Source of the DNA: an uncultured Rikenellaceae bacterium
Lineage (GTDB): Bacteria > Bacteroidota > Bacteroidia > Bacteroidales > VadinHA17
Length of the DNA stretch: 64,000 bases
Direction of reading: 5' to 3'
NCBI GenBank assembly: GCA_963696805.1
Contig: CAVOLF010000006.1
Location: forward strand, 167,023 to 231,022
The number at the start of each line of letters is the position of its first letter. Within the stretch, counting starts at the first letter, position 1. The notes below the pieces were generated by a model. The model did no database searches, was not told the DNA's origin, and saw only the letters and a program-made list of their open reading frames with translations. Made by a program: the position numbers and the translations under genes. Shown in pieces: positions 19,318 to 28,839 of this stretch.

Positions 19318-22300
19318 ATGAGGGTAACTTACAGAGTGATCGTCCTGTCGACAGCATTGTTAATGCTGTTTAGCAGGCCCGATGCAAAGGCTCAGGCTTT
19401 TAACGGGAGTGCTGTCGGCGAAAGCGCCGCGGAAAGATCGTCACGTCCGGCTGCAACCCGCTCCTACCACGCTGAAGAACCCCAATTCAGGAAAATCACA
19501 GACCCCTCCGGCAAATATGTACGGATGCTTATCCCCGGTCATCATCACACCTCTGAGACAGGTATGCCGGAGCTGCCGGTTTACAGTCAGCTGGTGGAGG
19601 TGCCTGAAGGCATGGAGGTTAAAGTGTCACTTTCCGGCATCTCATCACGGAGGATCAGGTTAACCGTACAGGGAGCAGGTGACGCCGAACTTTTTCCCGC
19701 CCAGCCGGCCAGAACAAAGAACGAAATCCAGGATGAGAAGGTTACTTTCAAAGATAGAAAGGCCTATGGGACACGAGGAGTCATCACTCATGATACGGTC
19801 GTGATCAGGTACGAGGGTATCCACAGAGGACGAAGGCTGGCCAGCATCGCGGTCTACCCCGCATTCTACGATCCGAAGGGCGGATATGTAGACCTTATCA
19901 CATCCATGGAGATGGATATTCGTTTTGAACCTTCTCCGGTGAAGGGAGACGAGGAGGAATCGGTAAAGAGCGAGAAGGGAGGGTATGCTTCCGACGCATA
20001 TGTACCCGGCTATTCCGACAAGCCGGTACAGATGATTATTGTTACAGATTCTGCCTTCACAAGGCACCTTGCCCCCCTTGTCAGATGGAAATTGCTCAAG
20101 GGAATACTCACCACTGTGATCTCCAAGAAAACCGGTCCTCCAGACTCAGTATACCATGACCTGAAAAGGAGGATCTCCGAAGTCTGGTTCAACTCGCTTG
20201 ATTCGGACAATCCGGTTCAATATCTTCTCATAGTTGGTGATCCGGCAATTATTCCGACAGCCAAGGTGACAACGAATGTTTCAGACCTCTATTATGGTGA
20301 GTTTGATGGCGAGGGTGATTATATACCGGAGCTTTTCATCGGACGGCTTCCCGTATCCGATACAACCCAGCTGAAGGGAATGGTAAAGAAGATCATTGAC
20401 TACGAGACCTGGAATTATGGTCCGTCAAATGATTTCTGGGCAGGTGCCGTGACCACGGCGGGCAATGCACCCGGATTTGAGCTTTACATGAATGGACAGG
20501 TTAAATACATTTACGATAATTACCTTGGCAAGGACACCTCTCTGAAAGCGGTAAGATGGCTTTACCCGGAAGCACAGCTGAAGGATGACTCGCTGAAGAC
20601 ACTTTTCAACAAGGGGCTTGCCATCCTTAACTACACCGGGCACGGTGAGGCAGCCGGGTTCAGTGACCCTCAGTTCAGGGCATCAATGGTCAGCGACCTG
20701 ACCAACGTGAATGAATATCCTTTGATAATAGCCAATGCATGCCGTACTGCTCAGATAAGTGTCACGCCATGTTTCGCTACGTCGATGATGAACGCAACAG
20801 GCAAGGGTGCAATCGGTTATATTGGATGCACAAATGACTCATACTGGGTTGATGACTTCTTCTGGGCTGTTGGTCCAGGCACCCCGGGATTGGACGTGAC
20901 ATATGAGACATCCGGGAAAGGTGCCTTCGACAGACTCTTCCACACTCACGAAGAGCCACCCGGTGAATGGTACCACACGATGGGTCAGATAAACTTCTCC
21001 GGGAATTTGTCGGTCTCTGCCAGCACGAGTCCCCGCAAGAGATACTACTGGGAAACATATATTCTGCTAGGTGACCCGTCACTGTCTCCGGTTATTGGAA
21101 GGCCAGAGCCATTTGACGTGGATATTCCCCGTACCATACCCCAGGAGCTCACTTCACTCAGCTTCTTTGCAGATCCCTTTTCATACGCCGCGCTCTCTGA
21201 CTTTGACAATCTCTGGGATGCCAAATTCATCAGCCCTTCAGGAAATATTTCTCTTGCCATACCTCCCGGGGTGAAAGACTCATGCCTGCTTGTGATAACA
21301 GGCCAGAACAAGCTGCCATTTATCAAGACGGTCTACTTCGGTACGGTCCCAGGTGCATTTCTCACGGTTGAGAATACTGTTCTTGATGATTTTGCAGGAA
21401 ACCGCAACGGTATCCCTGAGTATGGGGAGGTTATCAGGCTCATTGTGACCTTAAAAAACTTAGGCCAGAGTGCATCACAACAGATTCAGGCAGCGATCTC
21501 GGCAACCTCTGGCATGATAACCGTCGAATCGGGAACAGCATCAGTAGGAACACTTCTCCCGGGAGCATCTTTCACAATCACGGGAAATTTCATATTCAGT
21601 GTTTCCGATCAGGTGGAGGACGGGGAACTTGCTTCCCTCCTGCTGACCCTGACGGACAACAGCAAGCAGTATAAATTCGGCATCGACATGACCCTTCATG
21701 CTCCGCAGCTGGAGATACTCTCCTCCGTGCATGATGATTTAAATTCAGGCAACGCGAACTTCCTGCCTGATCCGGGAGAAAAGATAAATCTCATCGTGAA
21801 GGTCAAAAACGTGGGGTCATCGGCTGCCAGTGGCCAGGTAACAGTCACTCCTTCAGGTCCATGGCTGACATTACAGGAACCTGAGCTGCCGACCGGTGTC
21901 ATTGAGCCGGGAAAAGAAAAGTCGGTAAACTTCGAGGCGCTTATCTCTGATCTTGCTTTGTCAGGAACAGTTATCCCGTACAATGTCAGGTTCGTCTGCG
22001 GACATTATGAAGCAGAGGGCGCATGGTCGATAAGCACGGGGAAGACCCGTGAAACGTGGGAGTTCAACAGGTTTGACATCTTCCCGTGGATACAGAGGCC
22101 TGAATACCCGTGGACCATAACATCATCTTCATCTTATGAGAACGTTCTCTCAGCAAGGTCAGGGATCATTCCTGACAAGAGTGAGACAGTATTGTCAATC
22201 TATGTAAACAATCCTGTTGCCGACACAATCTCCTTCTATTCACGCACCTCCTCGGAACCGATCTATGATGAGTTAATCTTCAAAATTGACAGTGTGGTTG

Positions 22301-23064
22301 ACATGAGTATCTCAGGAGACACCCCCTGGGCTCTCAGGAAGAAGTTACTCAAGCCTGGCGTGCATCTGCTTGAATGGATCTACAAAAAGGATGTATCCCT
22401 GTCAGGAGGGCTTGACGCCGCATGGATTGACATGATCACCTTCCCTGATATATCATTCCTTGAGGCTGACCTGCACATAGATACAGTCTACCCGCCTCCC
22501 CCTTCGGCAGTGCTGAATGATGTGATCATAACCGGACGCGTGATCAATTTCGGCAGGAACGCCCTTACTAGCTTCCCGCTGGCATACCGCATCAATGAAG
22601 GGGAACTGGTCAATGAGACCTTCTTCAGAAAAATCGATCCGGGCGACACGTTAGAGGTTGCATTCACTCAGAAATGCAACCTGCTGCCGGATGTAGGCTA
22701 TAAGATATACATATTCAACCGCCTGCCTGAAGATGGTTATGCAGGAAATGATACTGCCTTTGTCTCATTCATAAAATCCGGAACCGGACCTGAGATCAGC
22801 GAGGAATCGGTAAGGGTCCTCCCCAACCCGTTCAGTGAAAGCTTTGTACTTGAACTCGATTTTGACGGTGAAGAGAATACAACCGTTGAAATTATCGACT
22901 CCGGAGGAAGGGTTGTGCTGAGAAGAGCACCTGGGCTGGTACCCGGCAGAAACCGTATCCCGTTCGATTGCCGTCACCTTGCCTCAGGCGTCTACACGCT
23001 AAGGATCAAGCAGGGAGGGAGGAGTATCGCGCTGAAGGTGGTTAAAACCCAGGCAGTATATTAA
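19318..23064 (+). CDS. C25-family (gingipain-type) cysteine peptidase with T9SS C-terminal sorting domain
   Basis: 1248 aa. Propeptide-like MPELPVYSQLVEVPEG. C25 core LLIVGDPAIIPTAK...SDLYYGEFDG...FIGRLPV, with catalytic-type NYTGHGEA and IANACRTAQ. The C-terminus VRVLPNPFSESFVLELDF...LASGVYTLRIKQ is a Por secretion tail. Confidence 0.85.
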   Translation: MRVTYRVIVLSTALLMLFSRPDAKAQAFNGSAVGESAAERSSRPAATRSYHAEEPQFRKITDPSGKYVRMLIPGHHHTSETGMPELPVYSQLVEVPEGMEVKVSLSGISSRRIRLTVQGAGDAELFPAQPARTKNEIQDEKVTFKDRKAYGTRGVITHDTVVIRYEGIHRGRRLASIAVYPAFYDPKGGYVDLITSMEMDIRFEPSPVKGDEEESVKSEKGGYASDAYVPGYSDKPVQMIIVTDSAFTRHLAPLVRWKLLKGILTTVISKKTGPPDSVYHDLKRRISEVWFNSLDSDNPVQYLLIVGDPAIIPTAKVTTNVSDLYYGEFDGEGDYIPELFIGRLPVSDTTQLKGMVKKIIDYETWNYGPSNDFWAGAVTTAGNAPGFELYMNGQVKYIYDNYLGKDTSLKAVRWLYPEAQLKDDSLKTLFNKGLAILNYTGHGEAAGFSDPQFRASMVSDLTNVNEYPLIIANACRTAQISVTPCFATSMMNATGKGAIGYIGCTNDSYWVDDFFWAVGPGTPGLDVTYETSGKGAFDRLFHTHEEPPGEWYHTMGQINFSGNLSVSASTSPRKRYYWETYILLGDPSLSPVIGRPEPFDVDIPRTIPQELTSLSFFADPFSYAALSDFDNLWDAKFISPSGNISLAIPPGVKDSCLLVITGQNKLPFIKTVYFGTVPGAFLTVENTVLDDFAGNRNGIPEYGEVIRLIVTLKNLGQSASQQIQAAISATSGMITVESGTASVGTLLPGASFTITGNFIFSVSDQVEDGELASLLLTLTDNSKQYKFGIDMTLHAPQLEILSSVHDDLNSGNANFLPDPGEKINLIVKVKNVGSSAASGQVTVTPSGPWLTLQEPELPTGVIEPGKEKSVNFEALISDLALSGTVIPYNVRFVCGHYEAEGAWSISTGKTRETWEFNRFDIFPWIQRPEYPWTITSSSSYENVLSARSGIIPDKSETVLSIYVNNPVADTISFYSRTSSEPIYDELIFKIDSVVDMSISGDTPWALRKKLLKPGVHLLEWIYKKDVSLSGGLDAAWIDMITFPDISFLEADLHIDTVYPPPPSAVLNDVIITGRVINFGRNALTSFPLAYRINEGELVNETFFRKIDPGDTLEVAFTQKCNLLPDVGYKIYIFNRLPEDGYAGNDTAFVSFIKSGTGPEISEESVRVLPNPFSESFVLELDFDGEENTTVEIIDSGGRVVLRRAPGLVPGRNRIPFDCRHLASGVYTLRIKQGGRSIALKVVKTQAVY

Positions 23065-23068
23065 TTAT

Positions 23069-23151
23069 GAATTAGGAATTTAGAATTAAGAATTGATAAT
23101 CAGTCTCTTAGACTGCTGACTGAAGACTGAATATGGACCTTCAGACCTAAG
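23069..23151. repeat. heptamer word arrays: GAATTAG/GAATTTA/GAATTAA/GAATTGA (23069-23096), GACTGCT/GACTGAA x2 (23111-23131), GACCTTCAGACC (23136-23147)
   Basis: Read directly from the sequence. Occupies the 96-nt spacer between the C25 peptidase stop and the HD gene start. Confidence 0.8.
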
Positions 23152-23160
23152 ATAGTCATT

Positions 23161-23745
23161 ATGGTAAGCATCAAACCAACCCGTAAAGAAGCCCTGGAGC
23201 TTTTCAGAAAATATAACAAGTCGGACAGCCTGTACAAGCATGCGTTGTCCGTGGAAGCCGTAATGAGATACATGGCCCGCAAGCACAGTGAAGATGAGGA
23301 GATGTGGGGCGTGATAGGCCTTATTCACGATCTCGATTACGAGATGTACCCTGACCAGCACTGCACCATGACCGAAAAAATAATGAGGGAAGAGGGCTGG
23401 CCTGAAGAGTACATCAGGGCCGTAATAAGCCACGGCTACGGCATCTGCTCCGACACTGAACCTCAGACACTGCTTGAAAAAACACTCTTCGCCATCGACG
23501 AGCTGACCGGACTGGTCACTACAAGTGCCCTGGTCAGACCGTCACGCAGCGTGCTTGACATGGAGGCCCGTTCAGTGCGCAAGAAATGGACCGATAAAAG
23601 ATTTGCCGCAGGTGTCGACCGTAGTGTAATTGAACAGGGCGCCGCCCGCCTGGGCGTTGACCTGAATGACCTGATAGCAGACACCATAGCGGGCATGCGT
23701 GAAGCAGCAGACGAAATAGGCCTGAGAGGAACACCCCAGCTGTAG
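23161..23745 (+). CDS. HD/HDIG-domain metal-dependent phosphohydrolase
   Basis: 194 aa, with HALSVEAVMRYMA ... GLIHDLDYE (the H...HD motif pattern). Confidence 0.8.
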   Translation: MVSIKPTRKEALELFRKYNKSDSLYKHALSVEAVMRYMARKHSEDEEMWGVIGLIHDLDYEMYPDQHCTMTEKIMREEGWPEEYIRAVISHGYGICSDTEPQTLLEKTLFAIDELTGLVTTSALVRPSRSVLDMEARSVRKKWTDKRFAAGVDRSVIEQGAARLGVDLNDLIADTIAGMREAADEIGLRGTPQL

Positions 23746-23750
23746 AATTT

Positions 23751-23813
23751 TCGATTGCCGATGTGCGATTGCCGATTATCGGATCACCCATTCGCAAATC
23801 GCAAATCGCAAAT
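23751..23813. repeat. heptamer/14-mer arrays: CGATTGCCGAT x2 (period 14) and CGCAAAT x3 (23793-23813)
   Basis: Read directly from the sequence, immediately 3' of the HD gene stop and abutting the terminator hairpin. Confidence 0.8.
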
Positions 23814-23850
23814 AAAAAGGGCGTCCTGATGATTACCAGGCGCCCTTTTT
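23814..23850. terminator. bidirectional rho-independent terminator
   Basis: A5-GGGCG(T)CCTG-loop-CAGGCGCCC-T5, between the convergent genes ending at 23745 (+) and 23871 (-). Confidence 0.7.
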
Positions 23851-23870
23851 AGTATCAAATGCCGTTCGTA

Positions 23871-24617
23871 TTACAGTTCGCGTATCTGTATATTTCTGAA
23901 CCATACATCATCACCATGGTCCTGCAGGACTATGTATCCTTCTGAAGCGATATTTGCCCAGTCAGGATTTTCCGCTGGCCATTTGCTATCCTGGATAAGT
24001 GCGTTAAACTCCGGTGTCCACAGATGATACTCAAGGACGGTCTCTCCGTTCTGGATATGCCATACAGAACCTTTATATACCTTTATCTCAGCAGTGTTCC
24101 ATTCACCGGCCGGCTTGGCATTCTGAGGAACTGCAGGTATCAGGTCATAAAGTGACCCTGCCTTGCGGTTGCCGTCCTTGCCGGCTTCAGCATCAGGGTG
24201 ACGCTCATTATCCAGGATCTGCATTTCAGGTCCGGTTTTCCATGGTTCCGACCACTCAGGGGCTTCCTGGACAAGGTACATGATACCGCTGTTGCCACCT
24301 TCAGAAATCTTCCATTCAAGCTTCAGGTGAAAATTTGAATATTTCTTGTCGTAGATGATATCGTCGCCACTGCCACCTGCCTCGCCCCTGCCTGAGCCTA
24401 TGCAATGAAGTGTGCCGTCAACAATCTCCCATCCCTGCTCGGGGAAGGTTGGCATGTTGTAGTTACGCCAGCCCTGTGTGGTGGAGCCGTCAAAGAGGAA
24501 GGTCCAGACTTCAGCCTGCGTCGATTTCTTTTCAGCATTCTTTTTCTCCTTGCCTGTACCGCATGAGACAAAGGAAGCTGCAAGAACAAGTACTAACATC
24601 AATTTAAGTATTTTCAT
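23871..24617 (-). CDS. DUF1080 (3-keto-disaccharide hydrolase-like) lipoprotein
   Basis: Lipobox LAASFVSC, then GWRNYN...GWEIVDGTLHC...GNSGIMYLV...EMQILDN...AGSLYDLIP...GYIVLQDHGDDVWFRNIQIREL, typical of the DUF1080 jelly-roll family. Confidence 0.85.
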   Translation of the reverse strand: MKILKLMLVLVLAASFVSCGTGKEKKNAEKKSTQAEVWTFLFDGSTTQGWRNYNMPTFPEQGWEIVDGTLHCIGSGRGEAGGSGDDIIYDKKYSNFHLKLEWKISEGGNSGIMYLVQEAPEWSEPWKTGPEMQILDNERHPDAEAGKDGNRKAGSLYDLIPAVPQNAKPAGEWNTAEIKVYKGSVWHIQNGETVLEYHLWTPEFNALIQDSKWPAENPDWANIASEGYIVLQDHGDDVWFRNIQIREL

Positions 24618-24697
24618 AAGTAACAGGTTTTAAATATTTGATTTACATTTATTTAAGTTAAACGGATATCTCCGGATGCGACTGTCAGCCACGGCAG

Positions 24698-26182
24698 TTA
24701 TGCCGGCATCTCAGGTAGCGACCAGCCGTTACGGTAGTTATGCTTGATCATCTCTTCTGCAAACTGCTTCACATTGATCGGGTCGGTATATTTCCGGTTG
24801 AATGTCGGGTGACCGTCAGTAATGCTGAAATGATCCTCAAGGCATATCTTGATCGTTTCGGTGTCATTGATATTGGTGAACTGCATCTTTTCACCGTTCC
24901 ATTCCAGGGTTTTGTTGAGACCCTGCAGCCTTACTGCAAGCACGCCCATCACCACCATTTCATTGAAGGGGCCTGCTTCAGAGAAGTCTGACTTGGTCAT
25001 CACCCTTGTGTCTGCAGGTTCCTTGCAAGCGCGTACCCAGTCCATCTCATGGCTGACGGTCACACGGCGCTCAGTCTTCGGTGATACAGGTACGCGGCCT
25101 GATAGCAGCCATGGGTCGCGACCATAACATCCGCATATGAGAGTGTCCTTGCTTCCGTGGAAGATGCAACCGCCATCGGGATCATATGCTTTTCCTGCAG
25201 GCCAACCCTCGGGTTTCATTGGCAGTATGCCGCCGTCAGTCCATGTAACCTCAACCTCCGGATATTTTACTTTTGAACCTTTAGGCGTTGGTCTCTCTGG
25301 GAACACAAGCTTGACTGACTGGGCGTTGGGCGCGCAATCGGTAAGAAGCAATGTTGAGTTTCCCTCGGCTTTGGTCGGGTAATTAAGCTTCAGACCCTTG
25401 AATACGGGGTGTAGGATATGGCACGCCATATCTCCAAGGGCTCCGGTACCGAAGTCCCACCACCCTCTCCAGTTCCAGGGTGTGTAGATGCTGTGGAACG
25501 GACGCATCGGTGCCGGGCCGATAAAGAGATCCCAGTTGAGGGTATCGGGAACCCACTCCCCCTTTGCAGGCCTGTTGAGTCCCTGTGGCCATATAGGCCT
25601 GTCAGTGAAAGTCTCTACCTTCCTGACCTCACCTATCTCTCCGCTCTGAATCCACTCGATAATCTGGTTTACCCCCTCACCTGAAGAGCCCTGGTTGCCC
25701 ATAGAGGTAGCAACCTTATGCTTTGCGGCAAGCTTTGTAAGCAGACGCGATTCATATACGCTGTGCGTAAGTGGCTTCTGAAGGTAGACATGCTTGCCCA
25801 TAGTCATAGCATGAGCGGCCGTAAGGGCATGTGTGTGGTCTGCCGTGGCTATGACGACGGCATCGATAGACTTGCCCATCTCATCGTACATCTTCCTGTA
25901 ATCCCAGTACTTGGCTGCAGCAGGATAGGCATCAAAAACCCTCTTGGAGTAACCCCAGTCAACATCGCAGAGAGCAACGATATTTTCCGATGAAGCGACA
26001 TTGCGGATATTGGTTGCACCAACCCCGCCTATGCCTATGCCGGCAATATTCAGCTTATCGCTGGGTGCACGATAGCCAAGACCGCTGACGACACTGCTCG
26101 GAAGGATTGTAAGACCGGCAATTGCAGCACCGGTAGTGCCGACAAATGACCGTCGTGTGATTTGTTTTGTTTCGTCTTTCAT
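24698..26182 (-). CDS. Tat-exported Gfo/Idh/MocA-family NAD(P)-dependent oxidoreductase
   Basis: Twin-arginine signal ITRRSFVGTTGAAIAGLTIL. Rossmann motif NIAGIGIGGVG and EKPL-type motif YLQKPL. Confidence 0.9.
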   Translation of the reverse strand: MKDETKQITRRSFVGTTGAAIAGLTILPSSVVSGLGYRAPSDKLNIAGIGIGGVGATNIRNVASSENIVALCDVDWGYSKRVFDAYPAAAKYWDYRKMYDEMGKSIDAVVIATADHTHALTAAHAMTMGKHVYLQKPLTHSVYESRLLTKLAAKHKVATSMGNQGSSGEGVNQIIEWIQSGEIGEVRKVETFTDRPIWPQGLNRPAKGEWVPDTLNWDLFIGPAPMRPFHSIYTPWNWRGWWDFGTGALGDMACHILHPVFKGLKLNYPTKAEGNSTLLLTDCAPNAQSVKLVFPERPTPKGSKVKYPEVEVTWTDGGILPMKPEGWPAGKAYDPDGGCIFHGSKDTLICGCYGRDPWLLSGRVPVSPKTERRVTVSHEMDWVRACKEPADTRVMTKSDFSEAGPFNEMVVMGVLAVRLQGLNKTLEWNGEKMQFTNINDTETIKICLEDHFSITDGHPTFNRKYTDPINVKQFAEEMIKHNYRNGWSLPEMPA

Positions 26183-26312
26183 TGTACAGGTGGTTTAAGT
26201 TCAATACAAACCCTAAAAGTAAATAATTCAGCCGTAAAATAAAACCGGGAAATGATTTTTAAATCCCGTCAGCTTTCCTCAGAAAACAGTAAATTGCATT
26301 AAAGGAACAGGT

Positions 26313-26798
26313 ATGACTGATAAGCATTTTAGCATTGAACTGCATGAAAATACAAGGGTGGGGAAGAGTCTCAGGATACTTCTTGGGGTGGTCTGTCTCA
26401 TCGTGACCGTATGGTTTATTTTCAGTGTCAAAGGGACAGCAGCTTCGGTGGGAACCGCCTGGATTGCAATGGGTTTCCTCCTCCTCTTCGGCATGTGGCT
26501 GATAGGCTCGGGGCTTGGATTAACGGAGAGATACATCACGATAGGACATGACAGAATAGTGCTAAGGCAGGATTTCTACAGGCCACCATCGGTCTTCACC
26601 TCCTCTTCACTTACGGCTGTTGGGTTCAAACCTGTTGTCATTGATTTTTACGCTGATAATAAAAATGTAAGACTCAGGCTCGGGACTTACTATCCTGACC
26701 GGACTGCTGCAATAATGGAAGCTGTTGAGGAGTTTTGTGTACTTCACGGTATTGAGATAAAGAGAGATAACCAGGAGGGCAGGGAGGAAAAATCATGA
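26313..26798 (+). CDS. hypothetical membrane protein (2 TM helices + soluble domain)
   Basis: 161-aa ORF. Its stop overlaps the downstream oxidoreductase start (ATGA at 26795-26798), which suggests translational coupling. Confidence 0.6.
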   Translation: MTDKHFSIELHENTRVGKSLRILLGVVCLIVTVWFIFSVKGTAASVGTAWIAMGFLLLFGMWLIGSGLGLTERYITIGHDRIVLRQDFYRPPSVFTSSSLTAVGFKPVVIDFYADNKNVRLRLGTYYPDRTAAIMEAVEEFCVLHGIEIKRDNQEGREEKS

Positions 26799-27943
26799 GA
26801 CTGAGGATGGGAATGATCGGTGGTGGTACGGGCTCTATGATAGGGCCGGTCCACAGGATGGCTGCACGCCTTGACGGCCTTTCGGAACTGGTGTGCGGTG
26901 CCTTCAGCAGCGATCCGGCAGTGTCATCAGCCACGGGAGAGAGAGAGTGCCTTGACAGATCACGCGTTTATGAGACATGGCAGGAGATGATCACCATTGA
27001 AAAAACGCTGCCAGCGGACATCCGGCCTCACTTTATCTCCATTGTCACTCCCAACTACCTGCATTACGGTCAGTCTAAAATGGCCCTCGAAGCAGGATTC
27101 CATGTTATATGCGATAAGCCTCTGTGCATGAGCGTGGTGGAAGCCATTGACCTTCATAAGACGGTGGAGCGCACCGGAAAGCTGTTCTGCCTGACACACA
27201 ACTACACTGGTTATCCCATGGTCAAGCGAGCCAGGGAGATGGTCCTAGGGGGAGAAATAGGTACTGTCAGGAAGGTGGCAGTGGAATATTTCCAGGGATG
27301 GCTTTCATCACCGGTTGAGACTACAGGCAACAGGCAGGCCGAATGGAGGTCAGACCCCGCCAGGGCAGGTATAGCAGGAGCAATGGCAGATATCGGCACC
27401 CACGCATTCAACCTTGCAGAATATGTATCAGGACTCGAGGTGAAAGCAGTGTCAGCCGATCTGCATTCAGTGGTTCCCGGACGGCGCCTCGATGATGACG
27501 GGAACATCATTCTTCATTTTGGCAACGGAGTATCCGGCACACTCCTCGCCAGCCAGATAGCCACAGGAGAGGAGAACAACCTGTCAATAAGGGTCTACGG
27601 TGACCTGGGAGGCATCTCCTGGCGACAGATGGAGCCGAATACCCTGATGGTCCTATGGCCCGACAAGCCGCCACAGATGCTTCGTGCCGGTACCTCCTTC
27701 ACGGGTTCTGGCGTAGCTGCTCCGATGCATACAAGAATCCCGGCAGGCCATCCGGAAGGATTCATAGAAGCTTTTGCCAACCTGTACAGGAACTTTGCGC
27801 ACAGTATCATTGCACGCATGGAAGACAGAAGCAATGATGTCATGGCAGACTACCCCGGCATTTATGAGGGCGTCAGGGGAATGAAATTCCTGGAAGCCGT
27901 AGTTGCCTCAGGACGGAGCAACTCGGTCAGAATCTCTGTCTGA
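26795..27943 (+). CDS. Gfo/Idh/MocA-family oxidoreductase (cytoplasmic, no signal)
   Basis: 382 aa. N-terminal Rossmann motif MGMIGGGTGSMIGPVH and CDKPL motif. Confidence 0.9.
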   Translation: MRLRMGMIGGGTGSMIGPVHRMAARLDGLSELVCGAFSSDPAVSSATGERECLDRSRVYETWQEMITIEKTLPADIRPHFISIVTPNYLHYGQSKMALEAGFHVICDKPLCMSVVEAIDLHKTVERTGKLFCLTHNYTGYPMVKRAREMVLGGEIGTVRKVAVEYFQGWLSSPVETTGNRQAEWRSDPARAGIAGAMADIGTHAFNLAEYVSGLEVKAVSADLHSVVPGRRLDDDGNIILHFGNGVSGTLLASQIATGEENNLSIRVYGDLGGISWRQMEPNTLMVLWPDKPPQMLRAGTSFTGSGVAAPMHTRIPAGHPEGFIEAFANLYRNFAHSIIARMEDRSNDVMADYPGIYEGVRGMKFLEAVVASGRSNSVRISV

Positions 27944-27987
27944 GGTTATTTAAGGAGCTTATTCAGGTAATACCTGCGCGGCTTAGA

Positions 27988-28839
27988 TTATTTAAGGAGC
28001 TTATCCAGATAATAGCTGCGGCTGATCGCAATGCTTTCCATCGGAGTGTGTGTACGGCAGTAATCCTGCTCCAGGAACCAGTAATTCATGCCCGCCGTTT
28101 TGGCTTCAGCCAGGATGGGTTTGAAATCGATGATCCCTTCTCCCAGGGTTGCATCCAGCTTTTCAGGAGTAAGGTCCTTCATATGCCATACCCCGAAACG
28201 GCCCGGGTATTTCCTGAAGTATGTGACAGGATCCTTGCCGGCAGCAGTGATCCAGGCAATGTCAAGCTCAAAGGTGACCAGTTTTGGGTCTGTATTCTCA
28301 AGCAGCAGATCATAGGGAACCCTTCCATTTATCTCCTTAAATTCAATCTGGTGGTTGTGAAAGCCGAAGGTAATGCCGGCCTTTTTGCACTTCTCCCCTG
28401 CCTTGTTGAAGAAATCAGCGGCCCTCTGATATCCGTCCAGGCTGCTGCTCCAGTCTTCCGGAAGGGAGGGAAGCATTATGTACTTCATTCCAGCCTCCGC
28501 GGCATCTTCTATCATTTGTTCATGGTTTTCAGGCCTGATGTGGCTGTGTGAGCTCACCGCTTCCATTCCTGCCTTCTTCACCAGCTTGCCGAACTCCTTT
28601 GGTGAAAGGCCGTAAAACTTCCTGTCACTGTGGTCCGCCGCCTCAACCCAGTTATACCCTATAGCCGCAGCTTCAGCAAGGGCCGATGAAGGGTCCTCGC
28701 CCATCAGATCACGGATTGTGTACAGAGCCAGACCTGTCTTTTTTGCCGGCCAGGCCGATCCAAACATATCAGTCTTAAGTAGTGGCATGGCGGCAGCTAC
28801 CAGGGCTGATCTCCTGAGGAAGTCTCTTCTGTTTGTCAT
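27988..28839 (-). CDS. Tat-exported sugar phosphate isomerase/epimerase (xylose-isomerase-like TIM barrel)
   Basis: Twin-arginine signal MTNRRDFLRRSALVAAAMPLL. The body resembles AP_endonuc_2 TIM-barrel proteins (FGFHNHQIEF, VWHMKD). Confidence 0.85.
   Translation of the reverse strand: MTNRRDFLRRSALVAAAMPLLKTDMFGSAWPAKKTGLALYTIRDLMGEDPSSALAEAAAIGYNWVEAADHSDRKFYGLSPKEFGKLVKKAGMEAVSSHSHIRPENHEQMIEDAAEAGMKYIMLPSLPEDWSSSLDGYQRAADFFNKAGEKCKKAGITFGFHNHQIEFKEINGRVPYDLLLENTDPKLVTFELDIAWITAAGKDPVTYFRKYPGRFGVWHMKDLTPEKLDATLGEGIIDFKPILAEAKTAGMNYWFLEQDYCRTHTPMESIAISRSYYLDKLLK

Noticed and set aside
19318-23064. Calling the 1248-aa C25-domain protein the T9SS sortase PorU
   Set aside because: The catalytic region resembles gingipain-type C25 peptidases (IPxxx...SDxYYG...FIGR). 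The C-terminus is a standard cleavable-type Por tail, and no porV gene is adjacent. Left as a generic C25 peptidase pending an HMM test.
24698-28839. Annotating the Gfo/Idh/MocA + TIM-barrel genes as myo-inositol catabolism (iolG/iolE/iolI)
   Set aside because: Two of the enzymes carry twin-arginine export signals and are linked to a DUF1080 lipoprotein. No iolB/C/D/J genes are present. A periplasmic glycoside-oxidation role fits better, but this is only inference.
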